This document shows, piece by piece, positions 22,385 to 36,240 of a stretch of 64,000 bases of DNA. Each line of letters opens with the position of its first letter. Within the stretch, counting starts at the first letter, position 1. Where the stretch lies: positions 9,984,001-10,048,000 of the forward strand of contig NW_024704743.1 in NCBI RefSeq assembly GCF_018977255.1, written 5' to 3'. The position numbers were made by a program, and so were the translations under genes. The DNA comes from Callorhinchus milii (taxonomy: Eukaryota). The notes under the pieces are model-generated. The model ran no database searches and was not told the DNA's origin. It saw only the letters and a program-made list of their open reading frames with translations.

Positions 22385-25300
22385 CAACACAACCTTTCAA
22401 ATATGTCCCACTAACCGTCTGCCTCAAGTCTCGGCGTGTGCATCTTGGCTGCTGCCCCCAACCCGAGCTGCTTTTCCCCCAAAATGCTCCCTTATCCTGC
22501 AACTCTCCCACTCTGTCCTCCTCTCACTCCGTCCTCCTCGCCTCCTATCCCAACTTGACTGTCCCAGTCTCCCTCTGCTTCAGCCTGGGAACCATCTGTA
22601 GAACTCATCGTGACACGCACCTTTGGCTGTCCAGCAGCAGGAACACTGACTGTCCCATTCCCCACTATCACAGCAAGCCCCGCCTGATCCAAATCCGGGG
22701 GGCAAACCTCTTCTTCCTCACCCACATTCCCACCCTCCCTGCCAATCCTCCCACCACGCCCTCATTCCACTGCTAACTGGCCCCACCGCATTGGATCTAC
22801 AAAATTTCTACTTCCTATCTAACAAGGCTCTCAGCATCAACGACAGCTTCGTTGATGAAAACATCGATATCTGGGCCCTCACTGAAACCTGGATCTCCCC
22901 AGGCGACATCTACCCCCTAATTGAGGACACACTACCTGATTATACCATCCACCATACCCCATTTGTGGTGGTAGTGTGGCCCTCATCTCCAGGTCCTCAC
23001 ATGCTCTATCCCCCTACTCATCCAGTTCAATCCCCTCCTTCAAGCACCTTACCATCTACCATCCCTCCAATCTTTCCCCAAAGTTCTCCTGATTTATTGT
23101 CCCCCAAGCCCATCCTCCCCAACCTTCATCTCTGATATCTCCACCCTCCTAGCTTCCCTCTGCCTCTGTTCTGAACGCCTCCTCATCCTAGGCAACTTCA
23201 ACCTGCCTTTCACCCCCTTTTGCTCTATTTCCACCAACATCTCCTCTCTTCTCACAACCTCTCCCTCCACATCCACTCTGCCACCCACATTCATGGCCAC
23301 CCACTCGACTTGGTGATTACCCGGGCCTCAGTGTCTCGGACCTCACAATCACTGATAAAGGCATCTTAGATCGCCATTTCATCCCTCTTAACTCCTCAAT
23401 CCCTCTCCCACCACCATCCAACCCAGCTCCATGTCCTACTGCCCCTGGAAAAAAAATCTTCCCGCACTCCCTCTTCACTGTAAAGGGGTCATCTGAACTC
23501 CTCCCCCTCTGGCCTACCTCCCGAACTGACTTACGCTTGGTCACACAACTCCATTCTCGATGCCTTTGCCCGATCCACCTCTTACTCACGCAACTCACCC
23601 TGACAAACCAGCCACCTCCGCTCACTAAATGGTCAGGTGCATGCCGCTGCAGGCACCTGGCTCAAATCTGATTTAACGATCCATCAGCAGATCTGGCTGG
23701 ATCACTTAAAAACTTACTGGTCCACCATTGCCTCCGATAAATCGTCCTTCTACTCCAAGATAATCTTGGAGGCCAAGGACAACCCGAGGCTTCTCTTCTA
23801 TCAACTGGCTCCTCCATTCACCCTTTCACACCTCGCCTATGCTCACCTCCAACTGCGAGGAGATGCTGGATTTTCTTGAGATCAAAATCGAGGGGATCCT
23901 TTCAGCTGCCTCTGCCCTCCCAACCACCACCCCCTTCCCATCCCTCCCTCCACATCTTTGAACTTGTCTCTCCCTCCTCTCTCACCACCACTATAACCCT
24001 CATGAAGCCCATCACCTGCTCCCTCGACCCCATCCCTATCCCTCTCCTTACCTCCCAGCTTCACCTTCTCGCCCCTTTACTCTTAGATCTCGTCAACCTC
24101 TCCGTGTCAACTGGCACTATTCCCACCCACTGAAACCAGCTATCATCATGCCTATCCTAAAAAAACTTCTCTAGACCCATCCCTGCTCACTAACTACCAC
24201 CCCATCTCCAACCTTGCCTTCCTTTTCAGGGTCGTTGAAAGAGTTGTTGCTTCCCAGCTTCATTTCTTCCTCTCTTGCCACTCCCTTTATGAACCCTATC
24301 TAATCAGGTTTCTGTTCTGCTTGCAGCACGGAAACAGCCCTGGTCAAGGTGACAAATTACATTCTGTCCATCTGTCTCCTCATCCTCTTCGACCTCTCTG
24401 ATGCCTTTTACACTATGGACCACTCTATCGTCCTCCACCGCCTCTCCTCTCACCTTAATCTTCAAGGTTCTGTCATTGAATGGTTCAGATCCCATCTCTC
24501 ACACCAGCTCCATTTTGTCTTCGCAAATTGCTTCTCCTCCAGCCCATGCACCATCTTGTGCAACGTTCCTCAGGGCTTGGTCCTCTCCTCTGTAAACCTG
24601 TACATGCTCCCTCTTCGTGACATCATCTGCAGACATGGAGTCAATTTTCACATGTATGCAGATGACACCCAACTTTATCTCTCAGCCTCCACCCTCGACC
24701 CCAGGACAACTGATGTCCTGACAGACTGCTGTCAGACATCAGGGCTTGAATAAGAGCCAACTTTCTACAGTTGAACGTCAGCAAGCCCGAGGCTCTCCTG
24801 AATGGCTCGCGCTAGTGCCTCTGCACCTCAGACACTGGCAGCATCAGCATCCATGGATGCACACTCCACCTCACCAAGTCAGTCAAGAACCTAGGCATCT
24901 TGTTCGACCCTCAACTGTTCTTTCTCCCCCACATCCATGCCATGATCCGCTCTGCTGTCCCCCACCTCCGCAACATTGCCCGAATCTTCCTTCCACAAGC
25001 TGCAGATCATCCAGAACTCGCAGCTTGTGCCCTTTCCCATACCAGGCTCCATGATCCCATCACACCCACCCTCGCCCAGCTACACTGGCTCCCCTCCCTC
25101 AGAGATTGAGTGCAAAATTCTCGTCCTCACCTCCAAATCTCTCCGACGTCCTGACCCCTTATCACCTTGTCCGCTCCCTCCACTCAGCAGGTTCCGGGCC
25201 TGCTCCATGTCCCCTGCCCGGCTCACCCCACCATCGGTGGTGGGCCTTCAGCCTCTCTGCCCCCACCCTCTGGAACTCCATCACACACTCCCTTCGCCTT

Positions 25301-25452
25301 GCCTCCTTCAAGACACGCCTCAAGACTTGCGCTTTCAGGCACCCTCCCTGATCTCAACAGCCCCCCACCCGCCCGCCCGACTTAAAAGGCGCTCCTGGAA
25401 CATCCCCCCGACGTGAAAGGTGGTCTACAAATGTAATTTTGTATTATGTTGT
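22385..25452 (+). mobile_element. Near-complete but disabled L2 ORF2 (APE endonuclease + RT) with 3' tail
   Basis: [81 protein letters not shown]; many stops and frameshifts. Confidence 0.92.
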
Positions 25453-26029
25453 ATGAATCTACATAAAGACATCATCTTAACGTTCAACTGTGATGTACAA
25501 TTGCTGCCGTGTGGTAGCATTTTGACCCGAATCAAACAATTTTCACATCTAGATTGGTGCAGACTGTGAATGCAGCACAGATGCAAAGCAAACATGTTGT
25601 ATTTTATCAAAGTAGCAGTTTGACTCTTTACTTAAGTACAAACTGCTTGTAAACCTAATTGTCATGTAACGTTCATGCTTAGATGTCATGCTGTTAACTC
25701 ACATGCTCACTTGAATGTTGAACACTGCAAAATCAATGAATGATTCCTTACTGCTGGGTGTGGTACCATTTTGGGAGGGGAGAGTCATGTAAATTATATT
25801 GTTTCAAATGCGCTTTATTAAGAGGGCTCCTGTTTCTCAGCTACACCTGACAACCAATATAAAGCCTTCTCTCCTGCAGTGTGATCGATCCCAGCTTTGT
25901 GGTCTCTCCTAAATACCTGTAACAGAATGTATATCAAACATTGACATGAAAATGTGATGCACTGCATGAAATTGTCAACAATTCTGGAAGATTTAATATA
26001 TCTGTTACAAAACAAAACAAATCCCCTAA

Positions 26030-26120
26030 ATTCCTATCTAGTGACTGCTGGAACATGTGTGAATGTCAGGTGAGAACAGGATTGCGCTCAGCTGTTTTGC
26101 CTCTAACACATAGTGTCCAT
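26030..26120 (+). mobile_element. AmnSINE2-like fragment
   Basis: ctatctagtgactgctggaacatgtgtgaatgtcaggtgagaacaggattgcgctcagctgt. Confidence 0.55.
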
Positions 26121-26957
26121 GGATGATATCTCCTGTCCCTTGCACAGTAGTGGTAGTGGAGTGATGTTTGTGTGTGTGTGTTGGGGAGGGGGGAGCAGTT
26201 GAGGCCAACTGCATAACTTAGTGAAGTACAGTTGCATTAAAAATCTTGCATTATGAAATGCATTATAAAAACAGGCCTTAGAAGTATTAATTGCTCTAAA
26301 CCAAAAAAAAATCAATTAATGTACCCTCTAATTATTGCGTTCAGTTATTTTAATATGCAGAGTAAGGCCACTGCAAAAGTTGGCAGTGAAAATACAAGGC
26401 AATTCAAACACAGCTTGTAGCAATATACCCATGTGGAATTATGTTTGTGTTTCTGCATGCTGCTTTGATGCCAAGGCTACGATTTATGCCCAGTCTGTAT
26501 TTACGCAATAAATTGATATATAATTGTCCCCGTAACCCAAAGGTTGGTAGCTTCAATGTGATCCAATTTTAAAGTGGCGCCTTTATTGCTACTTATTGAT
26601 TTGTGGGATATTTTTTCTGCCCCTTCCATTCACTGCACATTTCAAGATAAACTATGAATACAATAAATATTGTTCAGTCAGAGCTTCTAACACTATATAT
26701 GTGTAAATATCATGCTGATTTTAACGTGTGTAGTCAGACTAAAAAATGCATGCCCCGCCTTAAAGTTCAGGCTTGTTTTTCTTTCTACTTCGGTAGGCTT
26801 TTACAGGCATCATGTACTTTGCCCTCGTCTTTCTTCAACTGGGACAGTGAATGTTGGCATTATTGAGCTGTGTGTTTAGTGGTTGCTATACATTCTAGTT
26901 GAGTCTGATATTATCTTAGCCTTTGTATTCTCCATTATCTTGGAAATGGTTTAAATT

Positions 26958-27316
26958 GTGGAGTCCTGTAAGGTATTGGTTAGAGCACTCGCCTGGCAAG
27001 CAAGAGCACCCGGTTTTGATTCCTGGGCAGGGAGAAAGATTAGGCAAGTTTCCTTACTCCACACGCCTGTTTATGCAGCAGTAAGTAGGAGCCTGGTTAA
27101 TCGATTAGCAGGTTGCTTTCCAAAGGTAATAATCCCTTAAAAAATTTAGTCACTCAATGCAACATTGTTTGTGAGAAACTGCTGGGTGCAATTTGACTGC
27201 TGCATTTCACGCACAAAATATGGTCAATTTACTTTACAGTATATTCTGTTAAGTGCTTTGAGACGTCTCGACGACATGATAAGGCATTATATCAAATGCA
27301 AGGATTATTATTATTA
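26958..27316 (+). mobile_element. Full-length young SINE, long form (diverged)
   Basis: gtggagtcctgta...ggttagagcactcgcc head; aaatgcaaggattattatt tail. Confidence 0.9.
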
Positions 27317-27779
27317 GGTCTGCGATGTTTTTTTTCACATGATTTACCGCATCCTATCCCACTCACTTGCTCTTATCTTTTAATGTACTTCATTTAGAAG
27401 AGGATTGAAATCCTAGTTCAATCTCAATTTTGAAGACAGTTTGTTTTAAAAATTGAAAAAACAGCTTCAGAATTAAGACTAGATTTTTCAAAATGCTGCC
27501 CAATGTATCCACATGTGAGTGTGCCTCCAGCTTTTTGCCTGCAGCTGACTGATATTGTGTAATAAGGGCTGCAAGAGTTCATGTTGTTGGAACTTATCAT
27601 CGTGGCATTCATCCACCGGTGTGTCAAGCAAAAGGGTAGTTGCCTCACTAAAAAACTAACCACCTTGTCAAGTATCAGAACCTCTACAGCACAGAAAAGG
27701 GCCATTCACTCATCCCTTGCTTCAAATCAGAAACTGCTCTCCTCCTTAATACTTTCCCTGAAGTGGAATAAAGAGTTCA

Positions 27780-28020
27780 CAAGATCACAACAGAAGTTCA
27801 GATGAAGAAGACCCTTCTGTCTATCTGATCTTGTTAGTCCAAAGTATCCACTCTACCATCCTCCCAATGCAGCATCAAGCAATTTCTTAAATGCATCCTC
27901 ACCTATTGTTCTGTTGCCTTGACATGTCTGAACGGGTTACCTTCCTGATAACCTGTTCCAGTTGTCAATTACCCTCTGGGTAAAAGTTTGTATTGAACTT
28001 GCCCTTTGTAACCCCAAACC
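27780..28020 (-). mobile_element. Decayed CR1 3' end
   Basis: caagatcacaa...gaagaagacccttc, taacctgttccagttgtcaattaccctctggg; similar to 54185-54310. Confidence 0.55.
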
Positions 28021-28029
28021 TACGCCCTA

Positions 28030-28395
28030 ATTTTTTTTTGGTCAGCCGGGGGGGCGTCTGACACTTATAAAAACCCATCACAATGCTTAAGAGTATCCAA
28101 ACCAAACTCATATTTCCATACATCTCACCTACACATAGAAATTTAAGAGATATTTGTTGGGATGGAATGTGCACTCTCTTCCTGGAGGATACATTCTGCT
28201 TACCTATATTCCGAGGAAGTATTAGGCACAGGTTGGCAAGAACAAAGAGCTTGGGGCCCCCAGAGTGTGCGTTGGGTAACTGCTGGATTCTAACTAGCTA
28301 AAACCACAAAACTTGCCACTGAAAGCACTGCCTAACAAGTTATCCCACTGCTTGTACAGCTAGGACTATCGTACCCATTAGGGCTTTGGCTTCCA
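28030..28395 (-). repeat. Element X, copy 4
   Basis: Begins with (T)9 ggtcagcc (A-tail on the minus strand); gaagtattaggcacaggttggcaaga. Confidence 0.85.
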
Positions 28396-28849
28396 GTGCT
28401 CTATTGTCCTGTTGCTATGGCATATCTGAAAGCATTGTTCTGGGTTGTTCTCAATCCAATTTAAAATTTACCTCTATAAAATCACCTCTGGGGGTGTCTC
28501 TTTTCAAGGCTGAATTCTCCCATGTGTTCACTCACAGAGCTCCAGAGCACTTTGGGGAGTGGAGAGTTCTGACCTGGTTTGCAAGCAGCACATTTGGAGC
28601 TCCATTCCAGAACTGAGAATTTGTTTTGTTTTTAAACAAATATATCTATTAGTATGTAAAAAATATATTTCTACTTTCCTCAAGAAAAACACAACCGTGA
28701 CAAAAAAAAAATTTCACAAATATTCTTCGCTCCCATTCAATCCGCCCCATCCTCTTATTTCCCAAGCAAATGTATAAATTATTATATAAACACTACATTC
28801 CACAAAAGACAGAACAGAACAGACTGTAACAGAAAAAAACAGAAAAACT

Positions 28850-29037
28850 AGTTCCTTCAAAAAAATTGGTTATTCAATCCACGACTGTTTGTGGGACACT
28901 GCTGTGTGCAATTGGCTGCCGTGTTTCACCCACAAAATAAACAGTCAACTCATTTTACAGTATATTCTGTGAAGCGTTTGAGACGTCTCGAAGACGTGAT
29001 AAGGTGCTATATCAAATGCAAGGATTATTATTATTAT
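28850..29037 (+). mobile_element. Young SINE 3' half
   Basis: caatccacgactgtttgtgggacac...aaatgcaaggattattatt. Confidence 0.9.
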
Positions 29038-29559
29038 AAACAACCCAACTGATTCAAACCCATTAAACATGGTACCGTTTCGTCGAGTGGAGGGACCAGG
29101 GCCTCGGTCCTGTGTTCTGCTGTCTTTATCTACAGGGAGCAGTTACACTTTTGAGCTAATCCCAGTTCTGATGATGTCCTACACTTACCGGATGGCATGC
29201 CAAATTCTCCACTTCACTGCTCCCCTCTTTATGGGGAGAGACTTATATGTACACACTCACGCACACATTACATTTTGGGATGCTCTCTGTGGACTGAGAA
29301 GTGGATGAATCAATGCAGTTGAATGGTTATCACTGAAAAGACCTGTCAAATGCTCTGAGGGAAAAACTGTCCACAGCTGCTTCTGAAAGAGGACACCCTG
29401 ATCATGTCATTGCATTCACCCCACTCCATTGTGAGAGTCATGATTGGTCCGTTTTTTGAGTGTTTGTGACACAATTATGTTACTTTTTCTGAAGTGTTTA
29501 CACTCTCCATTATGCTCTGGCGTACCTGTAAATTTAATTTGTATATATATATATAGAGA

Positions 29560-29685
29560 TATCAAGAAGACTCAAAGTGCTTCACATAATATACTATGAA
29601 GTGAATTGACCGTATATTTTGTGGACGAAATGTGGCAGCCAATTGCTCACAGCAGTCGTGGATTGAAATGACCAATTTATTTATC
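29560..29685 (-). mobile_element. Young SINE fragment
   Basis: ctcaaagtgcttcaca...gtgaattgaccgtatattttgtgg. Confidence 0.75.
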
Positions 29686-30959
29686 CACCCTAGTCAAACA
29701 GTCTGTCAGCACTTATTACTGTCTAAGCTCTTAAAAGAAGAATGCGAAGAGGTGACTGGGAATAGTTAAAACAGAAGGAGTACTTTTTGTAGAGAGTGCT
29801 TCCCCATCTGTATTATTTTTAAAAATTCTTAAATAAGATATCTCCTATTTGAGCAGCATGCCCCACAGGCTTGTCGTTTGACATCTCCGCTCACATCTTG
29901 GGTTCTTCTGGTGATGTATGCTCCAGCAGTGGCCTGCATGTTCCCAGGGAGGATCCATTCATTATAACAGGGCTCATTGCTTACGGCAGGTCTGGAGGCT
30001 GATCTGAAAGAGCCTAAGGCATCAAAACCCTATGACCACAGCCTTTCCTTGTTTCCAAAAGCAGTCAAATTGAATTATTAGGGTTTGAAATCCAAGCAAG
30101 CACCAACATCTATGTCACAGGTGCTATGTCCCATTGTACTACATGGAACTGCACAGAATGTTACAGCATGGAAACAGGCCATTCGGCCTAATCAAGCTCG
30201 CCAGTGTTTATACTTCACATGGGCCTCCACTCCACTTTGGTCCAGGGTGCCCCCCACAGTTTGAAAACCCATGCCCAAAAGGGAAAGATGATCATTACAC
30301 ACTCAGTTATTTGAACTGCCTCTAAACAACACTGAGGCCCAACATTCTTTCCGGTCTTAAAGCCTGATTTGCTCCTGATTTGGAAGCAGTTTTTTCTTTC
30401 AGAAAGTATGGAAATCCGACATCCAAATTCAGACTGAATTGCAAAATTCTGCACCATATTAGAATTTTGTAGCAATGGTCTTTAGGCTTAGACCATTAGA
30501 TGAATTTGGGCTTACAACACCCCTTATTAGCTGAACAACAGGCAAGCTAACTCATCAGTGCTTCACAAAGATTCTAGCAGGAGTTGCTCTGCAAGTGAAT
30601 ATAGGGTCCTCAGTGTTGCAGACAACACAGGATGAAACCCAGACATTACATACTGTTGCATACTTCTAGTAAAATGACAGATAACAGTTTTAATAAGCAG
30701 CACCAAGCAGAGCCTATGTCTCTGGAGGGAATTGCCTGATTTTACACAATGTTCATTTTGTTTTCTCTATTTTCCCACTCTCCAATTCAGCGCTTTCTAT
30801 ACAACAAATAAACAACTGCAATGTGATTTTAACTAATGAATAACACATCATAAATGTAGGACTGTAATAAAGTAAACATTTCAGTAGTTGCCACAGTCCT
30901 GGCTGACACTCCAGTGAAGTAATGGGGGAGCCCTGCCTGACTGGAGATGCCTTCCTTTG

Positions 30960-31320
30960 GATCACACTGGTCACAAAGAGAATGTTGTAGGTTCAAGCCC
31001 CTCATCAGGGACTTTGAACACTCTAGGCTGACCATTGAGTGCACTGCTGGGATATGTTGAATTGTCACAGGTGCCGTCCTCTGACGTCCTATCTGTACCT
31101 ATTCAGGTGGATGCTGAATAGGTGCTATTTTATGAGAGAAGGGAGTTTCTCCTGGTGTTCTGGCCAACAATCCCTCGATACAATTGTTAATTCCTGACTG
31201 TTTGTGAGACTGACTGTCATGTTCAACTACAAATATAGTCACTACAGTTTGCTATAAAATCCTGTGAAGCACTTTGAGTCATTCTGATGACGTGATAAGG
31301 CACTAAATCAAGGATTGTTA
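30960..31320 (+). mobile_element. Deu-domain SINE (old)
   Basis: ggttcaagccc, ctaggctgac, ttcaggtggatg, ctggtgttctggccaac, L2-type tail. Confidence 0.7.
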
Positions 31321-32079
31321 TATCATTTATATATAATTATTAACTAAAGCAAAAATAATATAAAAGGTTAAGGAACAGTTCTGCACTAGTTGTTCATTGT
31401 CTTTATTGAGACACTTTAGTTTTGCTTACCTTTCTACAGTATCATCAATATGTTCGTGGTTTACCAATAGCAGCAGTCTGTTAGGAAGGAAGACAGATCA
31501 AACAATGAGCTGGTCAAAATGGAGTCTGAAGAAATTCTGTACAGCACTGTTGACAGTACAGTTGTACAGTAGCTTACACCTGAATCTAAGCCTGGAGCTA
31601 CCCTTACAATCTTGCAGATGGCCTGAATGAATGAGTACAAAATTGCTTTCATGAAAGATTAAGGATCACTTGTAAAAATATAACAGGTGTTACATTCATA
31701 GAAAAACTCAATAATGCAATGAACTGGCATAATTTACTGTTAGAGTCCCTTTTTGCAATTAAATTAATCTATGCTTTAATTGCTTTAGTACAAAAGTATT
31801 TTTTATTAACAATACACCTACCTTTTACTGCTGAATTTCCCTTGCACATTGCACTTTGGATATGGGACACAAGATGCTATAGGAAGTTGTAGATTAACTT
31901 TCTTGATTCATCTGCTAGATTAATTAGGTTTTAAACTGAAACAGCAGAAATGCTTAAAACACACAGCCGGTTAATCAACATCTTAAAAAGAAAAAGCAAG
32001 TTCACTCGTCGGGTGTGAACATTCATCAGAACTGGTCTTGAAGGGTTTGATCACATCTTTCCAGTGTAAGGGATCATGG

Positions 32080-32310
32080 GATCCCATCTGTCTGTTGAGC
32101 TGGATGTTTCCTTCAGTGAACTGGCCAACAATTTCCCAAATAAAATAGGTCATTCACTTCATGGATGTTTGTGGGCATTGCTGTGTGCAAATTGGTGTTG
32201 GGTTCCCCTACAAAATACAGTCACTACACTTTACAGGAAATCTTGCAAAGAGCTTTGAGACCCCTCGACGACATGATAAGGCACCATATCAAATGTAAGG
32301 ATTATTATCT
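32080..32310 (+). mobile_element. Deu-domain SINE 3' part
   Basis: ctggccaacaatttccc...tgtttgtgggcattgctgtgtgcaaattgg...aaatgtaaggattatt. Confidence 0.7.
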
Positions 32311-32474
32311 TGAAATAATATTGCTCATATAACAATAATTTGTATTTATACAGTGCCTTTCATATAAAATAGTTGTCTCAAAGCACTTTGGAAATTATAG
32401 CGCAAACTCACAGCATATAAAATAAATACTGTATTACACATTTAAAAAAATTTGCCTGTGTTTTTCCATTCAAT

Positions 32475-35045
32475 AAATAGAATCACAGAATTATACAGCA
32501 CAGAAGGAGGCCATTCAGCCCATCGTGTCTGTGCCGGATCTTTGAAAAGAGCTATCCAATTCAATCCCACTCCCTTCTCTCTCCCATAAGCCCTGCAAAC
32601 TTGTCCTCCTCAAATAATTACCTACTTCTCTCTTAAAAGCTGTTATTGAATCGGCTTCCACCACCCTTTCTGGCAATGCACTCTAGATCCGAACAACTCG
32701 CTGTGCAAAAAAATTTCTCCTCACTTTCCTTCTGTTTCTTTTAAAACTATTTTAAATTGGTGTCCTTGTGTTACCGACCCACCCGCCAGTGGAAATAGTT
32801 TCTCCTTTTCACCCTATCGAATCCCCTCAGAATTTTGAAAACTTCTATTAAGTCTCCTCTTAACCTTCTCTGCTCCAAGGATAATAATCCTCACTTCTCT
32901 GGCCTCTCCTGATAACTGAAGTCCCTCATTCCTGATACCATCCTGGTAAATCTCCTTTCCACCCTTTCCAATGCCTTGACATCCTTCCTAAAGTATGATG
33001 CCCAGAACTGAGCGCAGTACTCCAGCTGAGGCCTAACCAGTGTTTTATAAAGGTTCATCATAACTTCCTGACTTCCTGACTTTTGTATTCTATGCCCCTA
33101 TTTATAAAGCCTAGTGTCCCGTATGCTTTTTTGACAGCTTTATCTCCATGTCCTGCCACCTTCAAAGATTTACTTATATAAACCCCAGGTCTCTCTGTCC
33201 CTTCACCCCCTTTAAGATTGTACCATCAGCTTATATTGCCTCTCCTCATTCTTCCTCCCAAAATGCATCACTTTACATTTATCCACATTAAACTTAATCT
33301 GCCACGTGTCTGCCCATGTTACCAGTCTATCTATGTCCGTTTGCAGTCTGCTACTATCCTCCTCATTGTTTACTACTTTTCCCAGCTTAGTATCATCTAC
33401 AAATTTGGAAATACTGAAGTCCAGGTTATTTATATAGAACAAGAACAGCAGTGGTCGCAATACCGATCCCTGGGGGACACCACTGCACACTTCCCTCCAG
33501 TCAGAAAAACAACCATTCACCACCACTCTGTGCTTTCTGTCTCCCAGCCAGTTCTGTATCCATGCTGCCACTGTTCCTTTAATACTGTGGGCTTCTATCT
33601 TGCTTACAAGTCTCTTATGTGGCACTTTATCAAACGCCTTTTGAAAATCCATATAAACTACATCAACTGCACTACCCTCATCCATCCTCTTCGTTACGTC
33701 ATCAAAAATCTCTTATCAGGTTTATTAGACATGATTTGCCTTTAAGAAATCTGTGTTGGCTGTCCTTTATTAACCCATATTTTTCTAAGTGAAAATTTAT
33801 TTTGTCTCGGATTATAGTCTATAAAAGTTACCCCACTACTGACGTTAGGCTGACTGGCCTGTGGTTCCCGGTTTTATCCTTCTGCCCCTTTTTGTACAGG
33901 GGAGTAACATTTACAACCCTCCAGTCCTCTGGCACCACTCCGGTGTCCAAGGAGGATTGAAAGATTGTGACCAGAGCCTCCGGTATTTCCACCCTTACTT
34001 CCTTCAGTAACCTTGGATGCATCCCGTAGGTAGCAATAACAGTAGAGCAGGTTATTTTTTAGAAGAGGAGAGATTGGAATGTGTTAGCGTCCAGAGGGAC
34101 TTGAGTGTCCTTGTACAGCAATCACAGAAAGTTAGTCTGCAGGTGCAGCAAGCAATTAGGAAGGTGAATGGTGTGTTAGCATTCATTAGAGTATAAGAGT
34201 AGGGAAGTCTTGCTGCAACTGTGTAGGGCCCTGGTGAGACCACACCTGGGATACCATGTGCAGTTTTGGTCTCCTTATTTAAGAAAGGATGTACTCGCCT
34301 TGGAGGGGGTGCACCGTAGATTTAATAGGTTAGCACCAGGGATGAAGGGGATGAGTTATGAGGATAGGCTAACCAATTTGGGCCTATATTCTTTAGAATA
34401 TAGAAGAATTAGAGGGGATCTTATAAAAACTTATAAACCTATAAGATCATCAAAGGGTATGATAGAGTACATAGTGGGAGATTGTTTCCCCTGGTTGGAG
34501 AAACTAAAACCAGGGGTCACAACCTTAAAATCAGAGGCCAGCCCTTTCGCACTGAGTTGAGGAAGAACTTCTTCACTCAAAGGGTGGTGAATGTATGGAA
34601 CTCACTACCCCAAAGGGCTGTTGACGCTCAGTCCTTGAACATATTCAAGGCTGAGATAGATAGATTTCTTATTGCAAAAGGGATGAAGGGATATGGGGAT
34701 AAGGCAGGGTTAGGTTATTAGCTGGAGTTAGATTAGATCAGCCATGATTTATTGGTGGGGCAGGCTCGAAGGGCCGAATGGCCTACTCCTGCTCCTACAC
34801 GTTATGTTATGTACCGACCGGGTGACTTATCTTCCTTGAGCACTGTCAACCTTGTAGTACCTCCTCTCGGTTTATTCTTGTCTTATCCAATTTCTCTACC
34901 TTCTCCTCCAATACTGTGGCATTAGCTGCATCCACTTCTTTTGTGAAGACAGATGCAAAGTACTCATTCAGTACATCAGCCATGCCCTCTGCCTCCACAA
35001 GAAGATTTCTTCTTTGGTCCCTAATTGGACCCACCCTACCTTTTA
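32475..35045 (-). mobile_element. CR1-clade LINE (RT to 3' tail), split by an oppositely oriented CR1
   Basis: [86 protein letters not shown]; tail atagaatcacagaat. Confidence 0.95.
34030..34812 (+). mobile_element. CR1 3' fragment nested in CR1
   Basis: ALVRPHLGYHVQFWSPYLRKD, FFTQRVVNVWNSLP; tail gcctactcctgctcct..gttatgttatg; interrupts the host SPGPDGMHPR motif. Confidence 0.92.
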
Positions 35046-35149
35046 TTCTTTAACTAAACTTTTATTCTTTAATTTTCCTTGTATTTTCTCTTCTTTCTCA
35101 TTCACTCTTGGCTTATTTTTATTTTAAGTTGATTTATATCCTTACCTGT

Positions 35150-35400
35150 TGTTCATGTGTGAGAACCGTACAGATTAAGAAGGTCCCACGTCATGAGTTA
35201 GTTGTTCTTAGTCAGGGCAGCAGTAGGGGGCAGGGAGTGGGAAGGATGAAGGTTTGTGCATAAAAAATGCCATGAGAGCATCTAGGCTGGGATGTGGAAA
35301 CATCAACCAGGAACATGCTACTGATGCAGTCCAGTGGCCTCTACTGGAATGTATGAGTGGGAATCAGGTGAAGATAGGATCAATCTTGGATCTGAAATTC
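35150..35400 (+). mobile_element. AmnSINE2-like SINE 5' part
   Basis: accgtacagattaagaaggtccca..tgagttagttgttcttagtcagggcagcagtagggg..ccagtggcctctactggaa. Confidence 0.65.
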
Positions 35401-35756
35401 CAACCAGTCACAGGCTATAGGATGACTTTGTTTTAAAATTTAAATTTGAGGAAAATAAATTCTACTCTAATTTGGAAGCTGTTTCTCCACAGTTCTCAAA
35501 AAGGTCCAGCTTCCAAAGACTGAATTTAAAATATTTTTTACAATGCTGCTCTATCATACAATTTGAAAACAGTATAGTTTTACAGACTAAATCTAGGTGG
35601 AGTTTCAATCCTTCACCATTTGTTGACACACTGACCAGCATCATGTACAGAGAATTAACACTTGAAGGACCATAGACCCCTACACCAGCCCGAGTGAGAG
35701 GAGGGAAGACAATTAGAAAAAGGGGGAAAAAGGGGAAACATAAAGGAGAAAAAAAA

Positions 35757-35890
35757 NTTATACTCCTTGCATTTGATACAGTGCCTTATCATGTCATCAA
35801 GACATCTTAGGCGCTTGACAGAATCCACTGTAAAGTGGAGTGACTGTATTTTGTGGGTGAAATGCGGCAGCCAGTTTGCGCACAGCAAAT
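35757..35890 (-). mobile_element. Young SINE 3' part
   Basis: ccttgcatttgatacagtgccttatcatgtc...gcggcagccagtttgcgcacagc. Confidence 0.8.
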
Positions 35891-36029
35891 CTCTCTCCTT
35901 TTTGTCACACAACGAAGGCTTGGTTATGTGACCTTGTGATATACTAGAGCGTAGTACAAGGTGGTATAATAATAATGATGAGACATCATCATATGTGAAT
36001 GGCGCTTTATAAATGCAAGTTGTTGTAAT

Positions 36030-36240
36030 AATCCTTACATTCGATATAATGCTTTCATGATTTTTCTAGAAAGTGACTGTATTTTGTTTTAATTTAATGC
36101 AGGAGGTAGTTTATGTCCAGCAATGCCCCACAAGCAGTTATGAAGTGAATGACCAATTTTATTTGGGGGAATTATTGGCCAGGAAGCCAGGAGAAAAACT
36201 CCCTTCTCTCATTTTTAAATCATGTCATGGGATTTTTAGA
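36030..36240 (-). mobile_element. Deu-domain SINE fragment
   Basis: caatgcccacaagcagttatgaagtgaatgacc...ttggccaggaagccaggagaaaactcc. Confidence 0.65.

Noticed and set aside
29180..29240. Possible minus-strand micro-exon (ag|aggggagc...atccg|gtaagt)
   Set aside because: Good donor, but a weak acceptor, no recognisable peptide and no partner exons; needs RNA-seq
30250..30272. hAT-like terminal inverted repeat (ccccacagtttgaaaacccatg)
   Set aside because: Only one end was found, with no partner TIR or 8-bp TSD
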